From Chloroflexia bacterium (lineage in GTDB: Bacteria > Chloroflexota > Chloroflexia > DTKN01): 64,000 bases of DNA. The stretch is from the NCBI GenBank assembly GCA_041082245.1, contig JBDOIE010000006.1, positions 4,950 to 68,949 on the forward strand, written 5' to 3'. Shown here piece by piece: positions 1-8,258 of the stretch. Under the pieces are notes generated by a model. The model was not told the origin of the DNA. It saw nothing but the letters and a program-made list of their open reading frames with translations, and made no database searches. Position 1 is the first letter of the stretch. Each line of letters starts with the position of its first letter. The translations under genes were made by a program, and so were the position numbers.

Positions 1-746
1 GTCACAGGCGCGAAGGCCAATCCGCTCAGCGCCAGCACGGTCGCGTAGGGTGCGTGCGCGTGAACGACGGCCCGGACCTCGGGACGGGCGCGGTAGATCT
101 CGGTGTGGAGCGCCCACTCCGAGGAAGGATGGAATTCACCCGGGTCCAGGGGGTTGCCTTCCAGGTCGATGCGCACCATCTGCTCCGGGCGAAGCGCACC
201 CTTGTAAAGGCCACAGGGCGTGATCCAGCACCATTCCTGCCCTTCCATCCGCAGGCTGACATTTCCCCCTCTTGCGGTGATCAATCCCAGGCGGTGCAGC
301 TCCTCGATCACCCGGACCATCTCCACACGGGGATCCAGGACAGCTCCCGGCACCAGTTCGCCGGCACCCCGACGCGCGTCCCGATAGAGACGGGATACCT
401 CCCCGTGGAGAGCAGAGAGCAGACCGACCATCCTGAGATCGCCTTCGAGCGACAACCGTCCCTTGCCCGCCGTCTGTCCGGGGGCGAAAGTTCCCAGAAG
501 GGCATCCAGGGTTCGGCTGTCCGTTTCGATGCGCAGTTCGGCCGGCACTGGAGATGTCCCGAGGCCGGCGATTACACTTCCATCCCGCAAACCCAGGTGA
601 AACTCGAGGCCGAGATCGACGAGCAGGCAATGGAACATCGCCCGACATCCCGTAGAAAAGGCACGAAGCGCGGGATCGTGCTCTGCTCCTTGGCAGAAAC
701 GTTGCAGGAGCTCGGTCATCCACGCTTCCGCAGGTCGATATCCCAT
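1..746 (-). CDS. SCP2 sterol-carrier domain fused to class II aldolase/adducin-family domain protein (C-terminal part runs off window start; partial)
   Basis: Manual minus-strand translation from the ATG at 746 with no stops to position 1: MGYRPAEAWMTELLQRF...GNVSLRMEGQEW...VVHAHAPYATVLAL. GNVS and HAHAPY are class II aldolase (fuculose-P aldolase / ribulose-5-P epimerase-like) signatures. Absent from the ORF track because it has no in-window stop. Confidence 0.6.
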   Translation of the reverse strand, partial: MGYRPAEAWMTELLQRFCQGAEHDPALRAFSTGCRAMFHCLLVDLGLEFHLGLRDGSVIAGLGTSPVPAELRIETDSRTLDALLGTFAPGQTAGKGRLSLEGDLRMVGLLSALHGEVSRLYRDARRGAGELVPGAVLDPRVEMVRVIEELHRLGLITARGGNVSLRMEGQEWCWITPCGLYKGALRPEQMVRIDLEGNPLDPGEFHPSSEWALHTEIYRARPEVRAVVHAHAPYATVLALSGLAFAPV

Positions 747-1084
747 GGCGACCTCCTTGACGGCTGGTCCGCAGGCGGAGAAAGCGCTCAGAGAAACCCC
801 GCTATCCGCCCCATTATGCCACACCGGGAGGTGCCGTCAAGCGCGAGTCCAGTTTCCGGAGAACTGGCCCAGGGCAGCGAGCCGCGGATAGCCACCCTCC
901 TTCGGGGGCGGGCCGGTAGGCAAGGGCAATGCCCTTGTCTACCCAGACCCGCACCGGGAGTTTCCGACCCGGGGCCGTAGCGCCTTTCGTTAGGCTTGAA
1001 GGATGGCGGCTACGGTCGCGGGCCTCAAATGGTCACAGGCTTGTACACTCGGCGCAAGCCCATTCTTTTTGGGAAACTGGAGCT

Positions 1085-1445
1085 GCTCGGCGGGCCCTTC
1101 AAGGTTTTGCTGCGTTCCGAGAAGTATCGATATCCTGAGCGCGCTGCGAGAGCGAGCGGTCCGCTGGACGCGTGGGCCGGCTTCCGGGTTTCGATCCGCG
1201 TCTCGCTGCGCGCGCCGCCGCCAACCGGCGAAGCCGGCCAACGCTTTCGCGGTCTCGATACGGGGGCGAGGGCCCGCCTCGCTCCCTATGCGCGGCCTCC
1301 TCGCCTGGCCAAGGCACCGGTAACAGGTAGCCTTCGGATGAGGATCGACCGACGTTCCGGACCTCCGCTGGAAAACAGGAAAAAAACCCGGCCGGCGCGG
1401 CACCCGCTCGGGATTGATTCTGGGAAAACCTACTGGTATCATGGA
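1085..1445. other. Conserved ~300-360 bp noncoding element, copy 1 (paralogous to 30395..30690), ending at an extended -10-like TGgTATCAT just upstream of the CMD-family gene
   Basis: Direct alignment with the second copy: gaagtatcgatatcctgagcgcgc / gaggtatcgacatcccgagcgcgc; ggcttccgggtttcgatccgcgtctcgctgcgcgcg / gcctttcgggtttcgatacgtggctcgccgcgcgtg; aggcaccggtaacaggtagccttcggatgaggatcgaccgacgttccgg / aggtgccggtagcaggcaggcttcgggtgaggatcggcccacgttacgg. No credible ORF on either strand. Confidence 0.5.
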
Positions 1446-1495
1446 GACAGGCCTGCACCTTTCTGGCCATATGCAATGACGCGAAGGAGGCGAAG

Positions 1496-1795
1496 ATGTC
1501 CGAGCACCCGCTTTCTACGCTGGAACGGCTCGACCCACGGATGATGGAACACCTGGAGGCGACGAACGAACTCGTCTATGCGCCTGGGGCTTTGCCGAAA
1601 AAGTTCAAGCTACTGCTGGCGATGGCGTTCGACGCCGCGCACGGGGCCCAGGGAGGCGTCCGCGCCCTGGCGACTGCGGCAATGCGCGAGGGCGCCACGA
1701 AAGAGGAGATCGCCGAAACGCTCCGGGTAACGTTCCTCCTGAGCGGGGTCGGCAGCCTGTACACGGCCTCGCTCGCGCTGAAAGACGTCCTCTAG
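1496..1795 (+). CDS. Carboxymuconolactone decarboxylase (CMD) / AhpD-like family protein
   Basis: 99 aa, MSEHPLSTLERLDPRMMEHLEATNELVYAPGALPKKFKLLLAMAFDAAHGAQGGV..., typical AhpD-core CMD family. RBS aaggagg 8 nt upstream of the ATG. Confidence 0.8.
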   Translation: MSEHPLSTLERLDPRMMEHLEATNELVYAPGALPKKFKLLLAMAFDAAHGAQGGVRALATAAMREGATKEEIAETLRVTFLLSGVGSLYTASLALKDVL

Positions 1796-1796
1796 C

Positions 1797-1835
1797 CGCG
1801 GCTGCGCGGCCCCGCGAGCGATTTTTCCGAAAGGG
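1797..1835 (+). terminator. Candidate intrinsic terminator after the CMD gene (GC hairpin ccgcggctgcgcgg followed by a TTTTT run)
   Basis: gccgcggctgcgcggccccgcgagcgatttttcc lies immediately after the stop codon. Confidence 0.4.
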
Positions 1836-2014
1836 CAAGCCGCTTGCCGGCCATCAGACCCTGCAGGGCCGTGTTGGGGAGAAGGGCACGGAGGAAGCCG
1901 GCGCCGTTTCGATCCGCCTGCTTGTTCTCGAAACGCCCTCTGGCCTGCTGAGGCCTCGCGCCAACTAAGCGCGCTGACCTCCGGCAAGGGAGTGCAACAA
2001 CCTCCGCAGCCCGG

Positions 2015-2043
2015 TTGACGCTGTCCGGATCACTGGCTATAAT
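2015..2043 (+). promoter_or_regulatory. Sigma70-like promoter of the TetR-transporter operon (TTGACG, 17 bp, TATAAT)
   Basis: ttgacg at 2015-2020 and tataat at 2038-2043, 17-bp spacer. Confidence 0.55.
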
Positions 2044-2044
2044 A

Positions 2045-2062
2045 TGAGTGAGCGCTCACTCA
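2045..2062. promoter_or_regulatory. Perfect 18-bp palindrome TGAGTGAGC-GCTCACTCA, likely a TetR autoregulatory operator, between the -10 and the RBS
   Basis: tgagtgagcgctcactca is its own reverse complement. It sits right after the -10 and before the aggagg RBS (2065-2070). Confidence 0.6.
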
Positions 2063-2077
2063 GAAGGAGGAACAGCG

Positions 2078-2695
2078 ATGCCGTCCGTACGCCGGGTCGA
2101 CCAGGCGGAACGCCGGCGCCGCATCCTCGAAGCGGCGCTGGACCTGTTTGCGCGCAACGGGTTCCACCGCACGAGCACCCGCCAGATCGCACGCGCGGCC
2201 GGTGTGGCGGAGGGCACCATCTTCAACCACTTTCCCACGAAGAAGGACCTCCTGGTGGCGGCGGCGGCACAGGTCGTGGACGACTACTTCCGCGAGGAGA
2301 TCGAGCCGCTGCCCCGAGAATCCACCCTGGAGGCGCTCCGCGAAACCTTTCGCACCCGTCTGGAGCTGGGCCTGCGCCACGCGGAACGCATCCGCTTCCT
2401 TCTGGCCGAGCTTCTCTCCAACCAGGAGATGCGCCAGGCATACTTCGAGGCGGTCGTACTGCGGTTGACCGACCACCTTGTCCGCCTCCTGGAGCAGCGG
2501 ATCGCGCAGGGCTTCCTGCGCCCGTGCAATGTGCGCGTGGTCGCGGGGGCACTGGTCGGTGCCTTCCTGACCTTTCTCCTCGTCGCGCTTCTGGACGAGA
2601 AGCGTCGCCTGCTCACATCCTCGGTTTCCGAAATCAGCGACGAACTTGCACGGCTTTTCCTCTACGGCCTGGAGCCGGGTCCGGCGGAGGGATAA
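2078..2695 (+). CDS. TetR/AcrR family transcriptional regulator
   Basis: MPSVRRVDQAERRRRILEAALDLFARNGFHRTSTRQIARAAGVAEGTIFNHF has the HTH TetR signature. Start chosen at ATG 2078 behind RBS aggagg; the track's upstream ATG lies inside the operator palindrome. Confidence 0.85.
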   Translation: MPSVRRVDQAERRRRILEAALDLFARNGFHRTSTRQIARAAGVAEGTIFNHFPTKKDLLVAAAAQVVDDYFREEIEPLPRESTLEALRETFRTRLELGLRHAERIRFLLAELLSNQEMRQAYFEAVVLRLTDHLVRLLEQRIAQGFLRPCNVRVVAGALVGAFLTFLLVALLDEKRRLLTSSVSEISDELARLFLYGLEPGPAEG

Positions 2696-2696
2696 T

Positions 2697-3815
2697 ATGC
2701 GCTCCCGTGTCTGGCCCGTGATGCGCAAAGAGTTCCTGCACATCCTCCGCGACGCACGGACGCTCGCGATGATCCTGCTGCAGCCGATCGTGATGCTGCT
2801 CCTTTTCGGCTACGCGCTTACTTCGGACGTCAAGCACACGCCGCTGGCGGTGTGGGACCAGGACAACACTCCCGCGAGCCGCGCCCTCGTGCAGCGGTTC
2901 CGCCAGTCGCAGTATTTCGATCCTGATTTTTATGTCACTTCCTATACAGAGATCGAGCGCCTGATCGACGGCGGAAAGGCCAAGGCCGCGTTGGTCATCC
3001 CCCACGGGTATGCGGCAGAGCTGCAAAGAGGCCGGGGCGTCTCGGTGCAGTTCTTCATCGACGGTTCCGACCCGGCGATCGCTACGCGTGCCCTTTCCTA
3101 TGCCACGATCATCGCGCAGAGCGAAGCAGCGGAACTGATCGCCCAGCGTCTCGGAGGCCGAATGCCGTCCGGCGGGCTCGATTTTCGCTCGCGCGTCTGG
3201 TACAACCCCGCGATGGACAACATCCTCTTCAACGTCCCCGGGCTCGTCGCAGTGGTGCTACAGTGGCTGACCCTGGCGATGGCTGCCTTCTCGATCGTCG
3301 GCGAGCGGGAGCGGGGCACCCTGGAGCAGCTTATCGTCACCCCGATCAAGCCCTACGAACTGATCCTGGGAAAGATCCTGACCTACGTGGCCATCGCATT
3401 TGCCGATGTCGGCCTGGCGCTGCTGGTCGCCGTCGGCTGGTTCGGGATGCCCATCCGGGGCAGCCTGCTCCTGCTGGTCGCCCTGTCACTGGTCTTTCTG
3501 ATGTTCTCGCTGAGCGTGGGGCTCTTCCTGTCCACCGTTTCCAAGACGATGTTCCAGGCCCAGCAGACAGCGACCTTCATCATGATGCCGACGATCCTCC
3601 TTTCCGGTTTTCTTTTCCCCATCGAAACGATGCCAAAGCCGGTGCAGTGGATCACGCGTTTCATCCCGCTGACCTACTACCTGCGCATCGTGCGTGGCAT
3701 CGTGCTGAAGGGCGTGGGCCTGGAGCACGTCTGGAAGGATGCCCTGATCCTGGGCATCTTTGGTATTCTGCTCACGTTGCTCAGCGCATTGCGCTTGCAG
3801 AAACGGATCGGCTAG
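2697..3815 (+). CDS. ABC-2 type transporter permease (YhhJ/YbhS-like)
   Basis: MRSRVWPVMRKEFLHILRDARTLAMILLQPIVMLLLFGYA..., a multi-TM ABC-2 family permease. The ATG is 1 nt after the TetR stop. Confidence 0.8.
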   Translation: MRSRVWPVMRKEFLHILRDARTLAMILLQPIVMLLLFGYALTSDVKHTPLAVWDQDNTPASRALVQRFRQSQYFDPDFYVTSYTEIERLIDGGKAKAALVIPHGYAAELQRGRGVSVQFFIDGSDPAIATRALSYATIIAQSEAAELIAQRLGGRMPSGGLDFRSRVWYNPAMDNILFNVPGLVAVVLQWLTLAMAAFSIVGERERGTLEQLIVTPIKPYELILGKILTYVAIAFADVGLALLVAVGWFGMPIRGSLLLLVALSLVFLMFSLSVGLFLSTVSKTMFQAQQTATFIMMPTILLSGFLFPIETMPKPVQWITRFIPLTYYLRIVRGIVLKGVGLEHVWKDALILGIFGILLTLLSALRLQKRIG

Positions 3816-3824
3816 AGGCTACCG

Positions 3825-5258
3825 ATGGGCAAACTCCGCTCGTTCTGGAACGCACACAAGCGACAAATCGGGCTGGGGATCTGCATCGCTCTGGCCGTGG
3901 CCGCACTGGGTCTCCTGGGGTGGCGCTGGTGGCAGCGCTCCCATAGCGACAACGGGCCTGAGCTGCTCCGGGCCTCGGGCGTGATCGAGGTAGAGGAAAT
4001 CGAGGTCGCTGCTGAAGTGGGCGGACGCGTGGTACGCCTGGAGGTGGACGAAGGGGACACCGTCGCCGAAGGGCAGGTGCTCATCCAGCTGGACGACGCC
4101 CTGGCCCGTGCGCAGCTCGACCAGGCACTGGCAGCTGCCGAGGCGGCCCGCGCAGCCTATGCGAAAGCGCTGGCCGGCCCGACCGATGAAGAACTCGCGC
4201 AGGCTACGGCGACCCTCTCGCAGACCCTGGCCGCTCGCGACGGCGCCCTTCTCGTCTGGCAGGCCGCCCAGGCGCTCGTAGAAGACCCCCAGCAGGTGAT
4301 CGCCCAATACCACGCCGCCCAGGGGCTGAAACAGGCGGCCGAAGCCCAGGCGGTCAGCACGGCCCAGCTCGGCTACACGATGAAGGAGAATGCGCGCCTC
4401 CTCTGGTACAACTCGGCCAATGCTCTGCGGGATGCCCAGGCCGCCTACAGCCTGATCTACTGGCACAACCGCAATGCGGAGAAAGAGCGCGAGCTTACCC
4501 AGGAGGAAAAGGAAGCCGAGGCCGCTGCCTGGCGCCGGGTGGAAGATGCCGAGCGCCTGATGAAGATCGGGGAGATGAACTACTACCTGGCCGAGACGCT
4601 GGAAACCCAGAACAACGCGATCGCCCAGGCCAATCTGAATACGGCCAAGCGCCTTGTCTCCGACCTGGGGTGGATGGTGAGCGACCCGCTTTCTATCCAG
4701 GCCCAGGCGGCGCAAGCCGAAGCCCAGTACCGCCAGGCAGAGGCAGCCGTGCGCGTGGCGCAGGCAGCGCTCGACCGGGTGCGCGCGGGGGCCAGCGCGG
4801 CCGACCTCGCGGTGCTCCGCGCCCAGTTGCACCAGGCGGAGGCTGCGGTGGAGTTGGCCCGGATCCAGCTGGAACGCACAACCATCCGCGCGCCGGTCAG
4901 CGGGCTGGTGCTCACTCGCTCCATTCACGAGGGCGAACTTGCTGTCCCCGGGGTACCCCTGCTTACGCTCGGAGACCTGGATACCGTGCGGCTCACCCTC
5001 TACATCCCCGAAAACCGCTACGGCCTGGTGCGCCTGGGGCAGACGGTGCGCATCTACGTCGACTCTTTTCCTGGGGAAACTTTCGCCGGAGAGGTGGTCT
5101 ACATTTCCCCCCAGGCCGAATTTACCCCCAAGGACGTACAGACCCAGGCGGAGCGGGTACACCTGGTCTACGCGGTGCGGGTGCGCGTGCCCAATCCCGG
5201 GCATCGGCTGAAGCCCGGGATGCCGGCGGACGCGGAAATCGTGCTCAGCGGTATTTGA
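3825..5258 (+). CDS. HlyD-family secretion protein / membrane-fusion (periplasmic adaptor) protein
   Basis: N-terminal TM, lipoyl/beta-barrel motifs (VEEIEVAAEVGGRVVRLEVDEGDTVAEGQVLIQLDD), a long coiled coil rich in A/Q/E, and a C-terminal beta-barrel. Confidence 0.8.
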   Translation: MGKLRSFWNAHKRQIGLGICIALAVAALGLLGWRWWQRSHSDNGPELLRASGVIEVEEIEVAAEVGGRVVRLEVDEGDTVAEGQVLIQLDDALARAQLDQALAAAEAARAAYAKALAGPTDEELAQATATLSQTLAARDGALLVWQAAQALVEDPQQVIAQYHAAQGLKQAAEAQAVSTAQLGYTMKENARLLWYNSANALRDAQAAYSLIYWHNRNAEKERELTQEEKEAEAAAWRRVEDAERLMKIGEMNYYLAETLETQNNAIAQANLNTAKRLVSDLGWMVSDPLSIQAQAAQAEAQYRQAEAAVRVAQAALDRVRAGASAADLAVLRAQLHQAEAAVELARIQLERTTIRAPVSGLVLTRSIHEGELAVPGVPLLTLGDLDTVRLTLYIPENRYGLVRLGQTVRIYVDSFPGETFAGEVVYISPQAEFTPKDVQTQAERVHLVYAVRVRVPNPGHRLKPGMPADAEIVLSGI

Positions 5259-5284
5259 CAGGCCAACTTTCAAACTGGTATAAT
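5255..5284 (+). promoter_or_regulatory. Consensus sigma70-type promoter (TTGACA, 18 bp, TATAAT) for the peptide-ABC operon, followed by a ~165-nt structured leader
   Basis: ttgaca at 5255-5260 and tataat at 5279-5284. Leader hairpin ggcaggttgcttgcttcttcggggcaaggctgcc. Confidence 0.5.
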
Positions 5285-5450
5285 GGCCTTGCTGGCCGGG
5301 GAAAACGTGCCTCCGCCGTTCCGTCGCATAGGTACATGCGAAAGGAGGTGGTCGTTCGTCCGGTCTTGAGCGGCCCTGGCAGGTTGCTTGCTTCTTCGGG
5401 GCAAGGCTGCCGGGGTTCTGGAGGTCGCGATCCGACAGGAGGAGAAGACG

Positions 5451-7151
5451 ATGAAACGGCTCTTGCCTCTGCTCGTGTTCACCGCGCTTGTCCTGGCGGC
5501 GTGCGGCCCACGCCCTACACCGCAGGCAACCACAGTTCCCACTGCGGCTCCGCCCCCACCCACCGCGACCGCTGCGCCGCCGCCCGCCCGCAAGGTGGCC
5601 ACCTTCATCTGGACCCAGGAGTTCGACACCCTCAACCCGCTCTACACGAACATGTGGTTCTCCTCGATCACCCAGCAAATCTGGAGCTGCTGGGCCTGGG
5701 ACTTTGACGAGGAGAACAACCCCCACCCGGTGCTGGTGAAAGAGATCCCCTCGGTCGAGAACGGCGGCATCTCGCCGGACGGCAAGACGATCACCCTGAA
5801 GCTGCGCGACGACATCGTCTGGTCCGACGGGACACCCCTGACCTCGGCCGACTTTCTCTTCACCTACGAGATGGTCATGAGCCCGAAGAACGCGGTGGCC
5901 ACAACCTCGCCCTACGAGAACCTCGCGGCCCTGGAGACACCCGACGAACGTACCGTGGTTATGAAGTTCAACGAACCCTACGCCCCGTGGTTGGCCACCT
6001 TCTGGCACGGCATCCTGCCGGCCCACATCCTGAAGCCGGTCTTTGAAAAGGACGGCACCCTGGACAACGCCGCCTGGAACCGCGACCCGAAAGTGGGCTG
6101 CGGCCCCTTCGTGCTGGCCGAATGGCAGTCGGGCTCTTTCGCCCGCTTCGTGGCCAACGAAAAGTACTGGCTGGGCAAGCCAAAGATCGACGAGATCTTT
6201 ATCCGCTTCGTCCCCGACGATGCCTCCCAGGTGGCGGCACTCAAGGCGGGGGATGGCGACCTGGGTACCTTCATCGCCTACTCGGACATCCCGACCCTGG
6301 AAGCGGCCGGGGTGAAGATGGTCACCGTCTTCTCCGGGTACAACGAGGGGCTCTACTTCTACCTGGGCTACGCCGGCGAGGGGCAGCCGCCCAAGGGCCA
6401 TCCCGCGCTGCAGGATGTGCGCGTGCGGCAGGCCATCGCCCTGGCTACCAACCGCGAGGGGCTGTGCAAGGACCTTCTCCTGGGCCTGACCAAGCCGGCC
6501 GCCACCCAGTGGGACAACACCCCGTGGGTCGATCCCACCATCCAGCCCTGGCCTTACGACCCGGAGCGCGCCAAGCAACTGCTGGATGAGGCCGGTTGGA
6601 TCGACACGAACGGCGACGGCGTGCGCGACAAGGACGGCGTGGAACTCGTGCTGAAGTACGGCACGACCACACGCGAGATCCGCAAGGATACCCAGGCCGT
6701 CTTCCAGCAGCAGCTCGCTGAGGTCGGCATCAAGGTCGAACTGCTGAACTACGACGCCGACACCTACTTCTCCGGCTACGGGCAGGGTGGCCCGTGCGCC
6801 ACGGGACAGCTCGACATTTTCGAGTACTCTACGGTGGTCAACTTCCCCGACCCGAGCACCGCGGAATGGCTCTGCGAGTCCATCCCCACCGACGAGGCCC
6901 CCGAGGGCACGAACTGGCAGGCCGTCTGCGATCCGGAGCTGGATGCCCTGTTCAAGCAGGAGAAGTCTCAGGTCGACTTTGAACAGCGCCAGCAGACCTT
7001 CTACAAGATCAGCCGCCTGATCTTCGACAAGGTGTACTGGCTCGGCTTCTGGCAGGACCCGGACATCTGGGCGATCGGCCCGCGCCTGAAGAACGTTCGG
7101 CTCTCCGGCGCGACCCCGTTCTTCAGCATCCTCGAGTGGGACTTGGAGTAG
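5451..7151 (+). CDS. ABC transporter substrate-binding lipoprotein, family 5 (DppA/OppA/NikA-like)
   Basis: MKRLLPLLVFTALVLAACGP is a lipoprotein signal with an LAAC lipobox, followed by the family-5 SBP fold. RBS ggaggagaag. Confidence 0.85.
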   Translation: MKRLLPLLVFTALVLAACGPRPTPQATTVPTAAPPPPTATAAPPPARKVATFIWTQEFDTLNPLYTNMWFSSITQQIWSCWAWDFDEENNPHPVLVKEIPSVENGGISPDGKTITLKLRDDIVWSDGTPLTSADFLFTYEMVMSPKNAVATTSPYENLAALETPDERTVVMKFNEPYAPWLATFWHGILPAHILKPVFEKDGTLDNAAWNRDPKVGCGPFVLAEWQSGSFARFVANEKYWLGKPKIDEIFIRFVPDDASQVAALKAGDGDLGTFIAYSDIPTLEAAGVKMVTVFSGYNEGLYFYLGYAGEGQPPKGHPALQDVRVRQAIALATNREGLCKDLLLGLTKPAATQWDNTPWVDPTIQPWPYDPERAKQLLDEAGWIDTNGDGVRDKDGVELVLKYGTTTREIRKDTQAVFQQQLAEVGIKVELLNYDADTYFSGYGQGGPCATGQLDIFEYSTVVNFPDPSTAEWLCESIPTDEAPEGTNWQAVCDPELDALFKQEKSQVDFEQRQQTFYKISRLIFDKVYWLGFWQDPDIWAIGPRLKNVRLSGATPFFSILEWDLE

Positions 7152-7214
7152 GGTCCTTGAGGGCCATGGCCGGGGCTTTGCGCCCCGGCCATGGCCCCGG
7201 CTCAAGAGGCTGGA

Positions 7215-8249
7215 ATGATCCGCTATATCATCCGACGGCTTCTGCAGGCGATCCCCCTGATCTTCATCATCAGCCTGGTCATCTTTGTCCTGATGCAGAA
7301 CGCGACCGACCCTCTGGCAACCATGGGAGGGCGTACGGTCACCCGCGCGCAGGACCGCAAGCGCCTGGCGCGCCAGCTCGGGCTGGACAAACCGGTCATC
7401 GTCCAGTACGTCTACTGGCTGGTGGGCAACGACTGGACGATGAACGACCTGGACTTCGATGGCATTCCGGAGACACGCGGCACGCGGCGGGGCGTCCTGC
7501 GCGGCGATTTTGGCACGTCCCTGGTCAACCGCGGTGTACCGGTGTGGAAGGTGATCTGGGATCGCCTGCCCAACACGTTGCTCCTGATGGGCACTGCCGA
7601 GGTGGTGATCATCGTCTTCTCCTTGCTGATCGGCATCTACTCGGCGCTCCGCCAGTACTCGGTGATCGACCACCTGGTTACCACGGCTTCTTTCATCGGC
7701 TATTCCATGCCCATCTTCCTCATCGCCCTGCTCTCGATGTACCTGTTCGCGGTCAAGTTCAAGCAATGGGGACTCCCTTACCTTCCCACGGTGGGTATGT
7801 TCGATCCTAACGTGGGCCAGACCCCTGGGCAGGTGGCGCTGCATATGGTGCTCCCGGTCTTTAGCATCTCCCTGATCAGCCTGGCCGCCTATAGCCGTTA
7901 TATCCGGGGAACCATGCTCGAAGTGCTCAGCCAGGATTACATCCGTACCGCTCGTGCTAAGGGCCTGCCCCGTCGCATGGTGATCCTTGTCCACGCGCTC
8001 AAGAACGCTTCCCTTCCCCTGGTCACCCTGATCGGGCTGGACTTGCCGCTCCTGTTGGGCGGAGCCATCGTTACGGAACGGATCTTCGCCTGGCCGGGGA
8101 TGGGACGCCTCTTCCTGGACCACGTGGAGCGGGGCGATACCCCGGTGGTCATGGGGATCCTGATGATGATCTCGGTCGCGGTGGTCGTGTTCCAGATCAT
8201 CACGGACATCACCTATGCGTGGCTCGACCCACGCATCCGCTACCAGTAG
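7215..8249 (+). CDS. ABC transporter permease, DppB/OppB-like
   Basis: MIRYIIRRLLQAIPLIFIISLVIFVLMQ... is a typical BPD-transporter inner-membrane component. Confidence 0.85.
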   Translation: MIRYIIRRLLQAIPLIFIISLVIFVLMQNATDPLATMGGRTVTRAQDRKRLARQLGLDKPVIVQYVYWLVGNDWTMNDLDFDGIPETRGTRRGVLRGDFGTSLVNRGVPVWKVIWDRLPNTLLLMGTAEVVIIVFSLLIGIYSALRQYSVIDHLVTTASFIGYSMPIFLIALLSMYLFAVKFKQWGLPYLPTVGMFDPNVGQTPGQVALHMVLPVFSISLISLAAYSRYIRGTMLEVLSQDYIRTARAKGLPRRMVILVHALKNASLPLVTLIGLDLPLLLGGAIVTERIFAWPGMGRLFLDHVERGDTPVVMGILMMISVAVVVFQIITDITYAWLDPRIRYQ

Positions 8250-8258
8250 GACAACACG

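Noticed and set aside
1180-1200. tRNA-like T-arm motif (gggtttcgatcc) here and at ~30500
   Set aside because: No cloverleaf could be built, since the flanking stems do not pair. The motif instead belongs to the ~300-bp conserved noncoding element present in two copies.
2048-2077. Upstream ATG start for the TetR gene (track start 2048)
   Set aside because: That ATG lies inside the 18-bp operator palindrome and upstream of the aggagg RBS. ATG 2078 has proper RBS spacing and matches the typical TetR N-terminus.
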